Shown here one piece after another: positions 57,883 through 64,000 of a stretch of DNA of 64,000 nt. The position numbers were made by a program, and so were the translations under genes. The DNA is from an uncultured Elusimicrobia bacterium. Lineage in GTDB: Bacteria > Elusimicrobiota > Elusimicrobia > 2-01-FULL-59-12. Within the stretch, counting starts at the first letter, position 1, and the number at the start of each line of letters is the position of its first letter. The notes under the pieces are model-generated. The model worked only from the letters and a program-made list of their open reading frames with translations, did not search any database and was not told the DNA's origin. Where the stretch lies: NCBI GenBank assembly GCA_963702895.1, contig OY969767.1:1728001-1792000 (forward strand), in the 5' to 3' direction.

Positions 57883-58296
57883 TTAAAGAATCGATTTGTC
57901 TCGGACCGTGATGTGGCTATAACGCCCCGTGGGTTGGACGCGTGAGGCATCGAGCAACTCCGGCTTGTCCGACTGTACGATGGCATAAAACAAGTCCTGC
58001 ATATCTTCCGGCGTCTGGGCATCCGAATCGACCACAAAGCTGAAATAAAGGTTCTGGTACTTGGCGAGTAAGTCCTCAACCGTGGGCGCTTTCTTTCCTT
58101 TCCAGTGATCCAGGAGGGCCTCCGCGATGGTTTTGTCCTTCACCCAATCCGCGAAGATGACTTTGGGGTTCTGCGCCCCCTCGAAGCTCACGAGCTCATA
58201 GATGCCCGGCTTTTCAGGCGCGTGACTGTAGATGGCTTCTTCCTTAAAACGGTAGCTGCGCTCAGACTGCCAGATGCCGAATTCTCGGTAAGCCAT
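57883..58296 (-). CDS. Hypothetical protein with weak GIY-YIG-like N-terminus
   Basis: APEKPGIYEL; starts immediately after the sulfurtransferase stop. Confidence 0.65.
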   Translation of the reverse strand: MAYREFGIWQSERSYRFKEEAIYSHAPEKPGIYELVSFEGAQNPKVIFADWVKDKTIAEALLDHWKGKKAPTVEDLLAKYQNLYFSFVVDSDAQTPEDMQDLFYAIVQSDKPELLDASRVQPTGRYSHITVRDKSIL

Positions 58297-59178
58297 TTAT
58301 CGGAGGACCACTTCAGGGACTCGGGCAGCAACGGTTTTTTCGATGGGAGCATCGATGAGATTCCCCCATTCGGTCCATGAACCGTCGTAATTTCGGACGT
58401 CTTTATAACCCAGAAGGTATTTCAGGACAACCCAGGTGTGGCTGGAACGTTCGCCAATACGACAGTAGACGAGGATGGTCTTATTCGGGCCAATCCCTTT
58501 CCTCTGAAAGAGTGTCTTCAGTTCTTCGCTGGATCGAAAACTCCCGTCCTCTTTGACGGCTTGGACCCACGGTATATTTTTCGCGCCAGGAATATGGCCG
58601 CCCCGCTGGGCGGTTTCGCGCATGCCAGGAGGCGCGATCAATTGGCCGGCGAACTCCTCCACGGAACGAACATCGACGAGGCTATATTTTTCCGGTTGGT
58701 TCAAGGCACTCATCACCTCGTCACGAAAAACGCGTATGGAAGGATCGGGGTCCTTGGCCCGATAGTCCGTGCGACCGACGATGGTGGGGTCGGTGGTCAG
58801 GGGGCGCTGTTCCAGGATCCATTTTTTACGACCCCCGTTCAAGAGCTTGACGTGTTTGTGGCCATAATACTTGAACTGCCAAAACGCCCAGGCGGCAAAC
58901 CAATTATTATTGTCCCCATAAAGAATGACGGTGGTCTCGGGTGTAATGCCGGCGGAGCTCGCCAGGGCCTCAAACTGGGATGGGGTCGCGATGGTCCTAC
59001 GAAGCTGGTTCTGCAGCTGGGTTTGCCAATTCCACCCGATGGCGCCAGGGATGTGGCCCTTCCCATAGGCGGTGGTGTCCACATCGACTTCAACAAGACG
59101 CAGCCCCGGTTCGCCCGCATGCGCGGCGACCCATCCTGTTTCCACAAGGACTTCGGGATGCGTGTAATGACTCGCCAT
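58297..59178 (-). CDS. Two-domain rhodanese (thiosulfate sulfurtransferase)
   Basis: GHIPGA x2, YCRIGERS, YDGSWTEW. Confidence 0.93.
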   Translation of the reverse strand: MASHYTHPEVLVETGWVAAHAGEPGLRLVEVDVDTTAYGKGHIPGAIGWNWQTQLQNQLRRTIATPSQFEALASSAGITPETTVILYGDNNNWFAAWAFWQFKYYGHKHVKLLNGGRKKWILEQRPLTTDPTIVGRTDYRAKDPDPSIRVFRDEVMSALNQPEKYSLVDVRSVEEFAGQLIAPPGMRETAQRGGHIPGAKNIPWVQAVKEDGSFRSSEELKTLFQRKGIGPNKTILVYCRIGERSSHTWVVLKYLLGYKDVRNYDGSWTEWGNLIDAPIEKTVAARVPEVVLR

Positions 59179-59209
59179 AGAGTATGTTCTGGGAAGACCC
59201 GCCTTCGTA

Positions 59210-59809
59210 TTATCTCAAATACGGGGGACGCATCCACCAGCGAAGCGCCTCCAGGAGACTTCGCGACCAAACCAGCAGAAAGCGCAGACCTCTGGGATGG
59301 AAAGCGGCCCGGGCCTCCGGATGGCCCACATAACGCCAATGCCAGGGCTCGTAGCTGACTCCCTGCCAGTTCTCTGGCGGAAAAGAGAGCTCAAAACCAT
59401 ATTGACTTGCATGCTGGGTGAGCCACCGAAAGGCTCGGGTCCGCACAAAGAGAGGGTTATCATCTGCGTCAGGGTCCTGCCAGTCCCCGAGATCGAGCAC
59501 CCAACCTGTTTGATGTTCCGAGTATCCCGGTGGCGCGAGCCACTGGATGCCGTGGCGGGGGCCATGTTGGCGCTTGGCCTCTTCGAACTGAACCTTTTGA
59601 AGTTCTGGATCTCGAAAGGCCCAGATGACATGCAGCTTGATCCCTTCGCTCTGCGCGGCAGAGGCCATGCTCTGAAACGCTTCGACGGTCTCGCGTCGGG
59701 CCATGTGCTGCAAAGTCCCATCCCGGGAAAACCCAAGAGGCATCATCAGCGCCCGATCCGGAAGAGGGGACCAGCGGTGGACCACCAGGCTAGGGAAAAG
59801 CCATCGCAT
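59210..59809 (-). CDS. M15B D-alanyl-D-alanine carboxypeptidase (VanY-like)
   Basis: APPGYSEHQTGWVLD, YEPWHWRY. Confidence 0.9.
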   Translation of the reverse strand: MRWLFPSLVVHRWSPLPDRALMMPLGFSRDGTLQHMARRETVEAFQSMASAAQSEGIKLHVIWAFRDPELQKVQFEEAKRQHGPRHGIQWLAPPGYSEHQTGWVLDLGDWQDPDADDNPLFVRTRAFRWLTQHASQYGFELSFPPENWQGVSYEPWHWRYVGHPEARAAFHPRGLRFLLVWSRSLLEALRWWMRPPYLR

Positions 59810-59893
59810 GCCTTCATCCTACCAAAGGAAATCCGCCGACCCATCACGGCCAGGGGACGCTCACGACTCGGGGACTCTCCGCAAGCCGTCAAA

Positions 59894-59922
59894 TTGACAT
59901 CCGATAGACCGCTTGTTAAGCT
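59894..59922 (+). promoter_or_regulatory. Sigma70 promoter of the RLP-mtnB pair
   Basis: TTGACA-17-TAAGCT with TGn extension. Confidence 0.7.
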
Positions 59923-59931
59923 ACCCTCACG

Positions 59932-61167
59932 ATGACAGCGACTTATTCACCGCGGCCCGATCTCATCCAAGTCACCTACAAGGTCCAATCCCAAAAGCTG
60001 CTCGACCCAGAGAAAAAGGCGAAGGCCATCGCGCTCGGACAAACCACCGGCACCTGGACCCCCCATGAGCTCTCAGGCAAAAAGAAACTGGCGAAACACA
60101 GCGGTGTCGTCCTTGGGCTCGACGAACGGTCCCATATCGCAGGAAAGCCTTATGAATATTATCTGACCATCGGATTCCCCCCCGACAACACCGAAGGCGA
60201 TATCCCGTCCTTACTCACCATGATTTTCGGCAAGATCAGCATGGACGGGCTGATCCGATTGGACAGCATCCAATTTCCAGAGAGCTATCTGGAAAATAAA
60301 GGGCCTCGCCACGGCATCACGGGCATCCGGCAGAAAGTGTCAGAACCCGACAAACCGCTGACCATGGCGATTTTTAAACCCTGCTTGGGTCTGTCCCCCA
60401 AAGAGTTGGGTGCCATGTTCTACGAGCTGGCTTCAGGCGGGGCGCATCTGGTCAAGGATGATGAGATTCTTCCTGATTTGCCTCTGTGCCCGGCAGAAGC
60501 GCGGCTGGAGGCATGCTTGGAAGCGGCGGAGCGCGCGAAAGAGCAAACCGGACGCACGACTCTCTATGCCATGAACCTCACCGGCCAACCCAGCAAGATC
60601 GTCGCCAAAGCCAGAAGACTCAGCAAACTGGGGGCCCCGTGCTTCCTCTTCAACGTCTTAAGTTATGGGTATGGCCTTTTGGAGGAACTGACAGACGTCG
60701 GGGTGCCGATTATCGCGCATCCCGCTCTCGCGGGCGCGCTGGGGGGATCCCCGGATACAGGGATCCGCTATTCCGTTCTTCTCGGTACGCTCATGAGACT
60801 GGGCGGCGCTGATATCGTTCTTTTCCCTTCGAGCTACGGGGCTATCTCCTTGCCCGTGCAGGAAACTATGGCTATCAAAGAAGCTTTGACCTGGACCATG
60901 GGCCAACTTCCAAAATCTTTCCCAGGACCTTCTGCCGGCATTCGTCCGGGTCTAGTGCCCAAGATCCTGCAGGATTATGGCACGGATGTGATCGTGAACG
61001 CTGGCGGCGGTGTGCATGGCCACCCCAAAGGGGCACGTGCGGGAGTGAAAGCTTTTCAGCAGGCGATTTCTTGGGCGCTTCAACGAGGCAATCTCGGTGG
61101 GATTTCCCATCGCGAGTTTCCTGAGCTTTCGGAAGCGTTGAGGATCTGGGGAAAGGGCGAGATATGA
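59932..61167 (+). CDS. mtnW: RuBisCO-like protein (form IV), probable 2,3-diketo-5-methylthiopentyl-1-phosphate enolase
   Basis: GQTTGTW, FGKISM, IFKPCLG, KDDE, AHPALAG, GGGVHGHP; coupled to mtnB. Confidence 0.8.
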   Translation: MTATYSPRPDLIQVTYKVQSQKLLDPEKKAKAIALGQTTGTWTPHELSGKKKLAKHSGVVLGLDERSHIAGKPYEYYLTIGFPPDNTEGDIPSLLTMIFGKISMDGLIRLDSIQFPESYLENKGPRHGITGIRQKVSEPDKPLTMAIFKPCLGLSPKELGAMFYELASGGAHLVKDDEILPDLPLCPAEARLEACLEAAERAKEQTGRTTLYAMNLTGQPSKIVAKARRLSKLGAPCFLFNVLSYGYGLLEELTDVGVPIIAHPALAGALGGSPDTGIRYSVLLGTLMRLGGADIVLFPSSYGAISLPVQETMAIKEALTWTMGQLPKSFPGPSAGIRPGLVPKILQDYGTDVIVNAGGGVHGHPKGARAGVKAFQQAISWALQRGNLGGISHREFPELSEALRIWGKGEI

Positions 61168-61811
61168 AATTCAATAAAAAAGCCGCCGCGATGGACCGTG
61201 ACATCCTTCTTGAGATCGGGAAACAGTTTTACGAACGCCAATGGATGTGGGGCACTTCCGGTAATTTGTCTTTACGGTTACAAAGCGATCCCTTGTCCAT
61301 CGCGTTGACCCCCTCAGGACTGAACAAGGGCCATATGGAGCCCACGGACCTCATCACCATCACCGAGGGCAAGCCCATCCCGCCCCATCCCAGAGGACTT
61401 GCGCCATCGTCGGAAACACTCATCCATCAAGCGGTTTATCACGCCGTCCCCGGCGCGAAAGCTGTCTTTCACGTCCACCCTTTATACGCCACGCTCATGT
61501 CGCGTTTCCATGGCCACCCCAAGGAAAAACGGATGCTGCAGGTGGAATGGTTTGAAATGATGAGAGGTGTCGGTGTGGGAGAAGAGGAAAGTTCGGAAGT
61601 CGCGATCCTCCCCAACTGGCAGGACGCGTCCCTGATCGCGCGAGACATCACGAACTACATCAAGTCCACTGCCAAAGCGCTGCCGGTCGTTCTGATTTAT
61701 AACCACGGTCTGACGGGATGGGGCACAACACCAGACCAGGCGAGAAACCACCTCGAAATTATCGAGTACGTCTGCCAGTACCTCTATCTGAAGAGTCTCA
61801 CTACACGTTAA
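61164..61811 (+). CDS. mtnB: Methylthioribulose-1-phosphate dehydratase
   Basis: GTSGNLS, PSSETLIH, HVH, NHGLTGWG, HLEIIEY. Confidence 0.85.
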   Translation: MKFNKKAAAMDRDILLEIGKQFYERQWMWGTSGNLSLRLQSDPLSIALTPSGLNKGHMEPTDLITITEGKPIPPHPRGLAPSSETLIHQAVYHAVPGAKAVFHVHPLYATLMSRFHGHPKEKRMLQVEWFEMMRGVGVGEEESSEVAILPNWQDASLIARDITNYIKSTAKALPVVLIYNHGLTGWGTTPDQARNHLEIIEYVCQYLYLKSLTTR

Positions 61812-62883
61812 AGCGGAAGTAGGCCACGTCGCTTTCCTGCATGAGGTACTCCTTGCCTTCCAGACGAATGAGTCCTTTTTCCTTGAGGGCCGCTTCGGTT
61901 TTGTGCGTGACAATATCCGGGAAGCTGTAGATTTCCGCGCGTATAAAGCCGCGCTCAATATCCGAATGGATTTTCCCGGCCGCCTTCACCGCGGGCGTCC
62001 CCTGGGCAATGTCCCAGGCGCGTGATTCTTCGGGGCCCGCTGTAAAGAACGTCATCCTCCTCAAGAGCTTCTGCCCCGCTCGCACGAGGCGATCGAGTCC
62101 CGCTTCCTGGAGTCCCAAAGAAGTGAGGAACTCTCCACGCTCCGCCTCCGGAAGCTGAGCAATCTCGGCTTCGATCTTGGCGCAAAGCACAACGGCTTCA
62201 GCCCCCTGCCGGGTGGCGTAGCCCAGAAGCGTCTGGGTCAGAGCGCTTCGGCCTTCGACATCTCGCTCATCGACATTGGCCACATAAAGCATGGGTTTGG
62301 CGGTTAGAAAATGGTAGGAGGCAAGGACAGGCTCCCTCACGACCGGGATGTTCCTTGCCGGGACGCCTTGGTTAAACCCTTCGATGACCTGATCCAACGC
62401 TTCGACTTTGTCTTTGGCATCTTTTTGACCGGACCGGGCTGCTCCCAGAAGGCGCTCGCGGGCTTTGACGGCCACATCCAAATCGGACAAGAGGAGTTCC
62501 GTCCCAATAATCTCGGCGGAGTCAACGGGATCGACTTTCGTGCCGTAATGAACAATGTTTTCATCCTCGAAGCACCGTACCACCTGCGCGATCGCATCAA
62601 CATCTCGAATGTACGACAAAAACTCGTTCCCCTTCCCTTCGCCTTTGCTTGCGCCCTTCACAAGACCCGCGATGTCCACAAAGCGAACGCCCGCGGGGGT
62701 GATTTTCTTGCTGTGAAAGATTTCCCCCAGCTTGTAGAGCCTGGGGTCACGCAGGGGCACGACCCCCACGTTGGGTTCGATGGTGGCAAATGGGAAATTA
62801 GCGGCCAGAACCGAAGCCCCGGTCAACGCATTAAAAAGCGTGGATTTTCCGACGTTAGGAAGACCGACGATTCCGATTTCCAT
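61801..62883 (-). CDS. ychF: Redox-regulated ATPase YchF
   Basis: [35 protein letters not shown]. Confidence 0.97.
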   Translation of the reverse strand: MEIGIVGLPNVGKSTLFNALTGASVLAANFPFATIEPNVGVVPLRDPRLYKLGEIFHSKKITPAGVRFVDIAGLVKGASKGEGKGNEFLSYIRDVDAIAQVVRCFEDENIVHYGTKVDPVDSAEIIGTELLLSDLDVAVKARERLLGAARSGQKDAKDKVEALDQVIEGFNQGVPARNIPVVREPVLASYHFLTAKPMLYVANVDERDVEGRSALTQTLLGYATRQGAEAVVLCAKIEAEIAQLPEAERGEFLTSLGLQEAGLDRLVRAGQKLLRRMTFFTAGPEESRAWDIAQGTPAVKAAGKIHSDIERGFIRAEIYSFPDIVTHKTEAALKEKGLIRLEGKEYLMQESDVAYFRFNV

Positions 62884-62884
62884 T

Positions 62885-63158
62885 TAGGAGTTTGAGCCGT
62901 GAGTAGCGTGATCCTGACCGGGGCACTTTTGCCCGAGTCCGAGGCGCGAGGAGTGATGCGTACCTGAAAGGTACGTGAACGACGAGTAACGATGGAATCG
63001 GGCTAAAGAGCCCCGGCCCGCAGGGAAAGCCCATCTTGGGCCGGATGCATCGTCGCTCCTTCTTGCCGTACCGTTCAGGTACGACGTCGTCGTCGCTCCT
63101 CGCATCCGGCTCCAATCTGGGCTTTTCAGGTTCACGCTACTCACGGCTCAGACTCCTA
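62885..63158. mobile_element. MITE-like element, 274 bp, 33-bp terminal IRs including flanking TA
   Basis: TAGGAGTTTGAGCCGTGAGTAGCGTGATCCTGA matches the revcomp of the right end at 31/33 positions; two internal GTAC hairpins. Confidence 0.85.
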
Positions 63159-63912
63159 GACTCCTCATCCATCCCAAAAGTTTCTTCGTGAAGGGGTCGT
63201 CGAGCATCTGCACCCCATGTCCTGAATCCGCTTGTTCGACCCTTTGCTTCTCACTCGGCGCGAGCATCGACAATTGTCTGACGCTGGCGAACGAATAGGC
63301 ATCTCCCGGGGCGGCTGCGATAAAAACGGGGCGCCCCTTGAACTTCACGTACGGACCAGGGCTTTGGACCCCCACATACTCCAACCCTGGCGAGAGCAGC
63401 AGCAAGGCAGGCACCGCCGAGTGTTCGCTCGCATACACGAGAGCGACATTGGCACCTAAACTCGCGCCGCCCACGGCAATACGGCTTTCTTGAAGATGTC
63501 TTTGCGAAACAAGGATTTGAACGGCACCCGCTAAATCTCTCGACATGCTATCCCACGGTGTGCCAGGACCGGCATTCCTCCAATGTTGATAGTTTAGACG
63601 TTCGCCGGAGCGTGTTTGTGTGCTCTGCCCATGTCCACGGGCATCATAGACGAATACCCCAAGTCCCTGTTCTGCCATGCGATGGGCCAAAGCATCCCAT
63701 TCACCACCCGTACTTCCCAGGCCGTGCAAGAGCACCCAGGTCATTGCTTCTGAGTTCGGCGATGCGTGATACTGGCCAGCCAGGACCACGCCATCCGGCG
63801 TGGTCCATTTGAGTGGCTGCCAAAAAGAATCCGCGGAGGCAGGCGCGACCCACAGGGTGACGAGGAAAAGAAATCGGGCCAACACGAGCAGTATTCTACT
63901 CGGTTTCTGCAT
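63148..63912 (-). CDS. Exported alpha/beta hydrolase
   Basis: LLHGLGS, DARGHG, GASLG, C-terminal GHG; TATAGT 6 nt before ATG 63912. Confidence 0.88.
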   Translation of the reverse strand: MQKPSRILLVLARFLFLVTLWVAPASADSFWQPLKWTTPDGVVLAGQYHASPNSEAMTWVLLHGLGSTGGEWDALAHRMAEQGLGVFVYDARGHGQSTQTRSGERLNYQHWRNAGPGTPWDSMSRDLAGAVQILVSQRHLQESRIAVGGASLGANVALVYASEHSAVPALLLLSPGLEYVGVQSPGPYVKFKGRPVFIAAAPGDAYSFASVRQLSMLAPSEKQRVEQADSGHGVQMLDDPFTKKLLGWMRSLGV

Positions 63913-63956
63913 GGAAACACTATAGGACACAGCGGTCAAGAACATCGACGGCAAAC

Positions 63957-63993
63957 GACGCCCACCATCGAAGATGAGCGCGTGGATTGAAAC
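63957..63993 (+). CRISPR. Single CRISPR-repeat-like sequence at the window edge (array not demonstrable)
   Basis: 37 nt GACGCCCACCATCGAAGATGAGCGCGTGGATTGAAAC; the 3' half matches the type I-C-like GCGTGGATTGAAAC ending. Confidence 0.3.
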
Positions 63994-64000
63994 GGTCTGA

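Noticed and set aside
59932..61167. CO2-fixing RuBisCO
   Set aside because: Form IV features, no small subunit or prk, and coupled to mtnB.
62855..63144. 86-aa ORFs within the MITE, or a structural RNA gene (RNase P/tmRNA/SRP)
   Set aside because: No recognisable protein or RNA-family motifs; terminal IRs and the reconstructable empty site explain it better.

Overview
A gene-dense, moderately GC-rich bacterial chromosome segment. The giant modular ORF, PorV-like/CTD proteins and repeat style suggest an Elusimicrobiota/Omnitrophota-like diderm; this is an inference, not tested. Housekeeping content: glycine cleavage/lipoate genes (lpdA, lipA, gcvT/H/PA/PB, lipoate ligase), type III glutamine synthetase, queC/queD/queG, a tandem-domain ThyX, a peptidoglycan-sugar salvage cluster (two NamZ-like genes, SSS permease, murQ, nagZ, sugar kinase, mltA), a PorV/CTD/TPR operon, TolQRA-like genes, cstA, uppP, a RuBisCO-like protein with mtnB, and ychF. 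Mobile DNA: one IS256-family and one IS30-family element, plus a 274-bp MITE. The strongest signal is absent from the ORF track: a minus-strand ORF of >1229 aa (3687 to beyond the left edge). It carries a signal peptide, a GGFH domain, an HExxH metallopeptidase motif, a membrane hairpin and a circularly permuted triosephosphate isomerase domain; the hairpin+TPI module is bracketed by a peptide motif (GDxLRSPVRG) conserved at the protein level. Other signals: in-frame palindromic 7/8/9-mer repeat insertions in many genes, frequent leaderless-type promoters including a symmetric bidirectional -10 shared by queC and queD, a leader-peptide attenuator-like structure, and one CRISPR-like repeat at the right edge.
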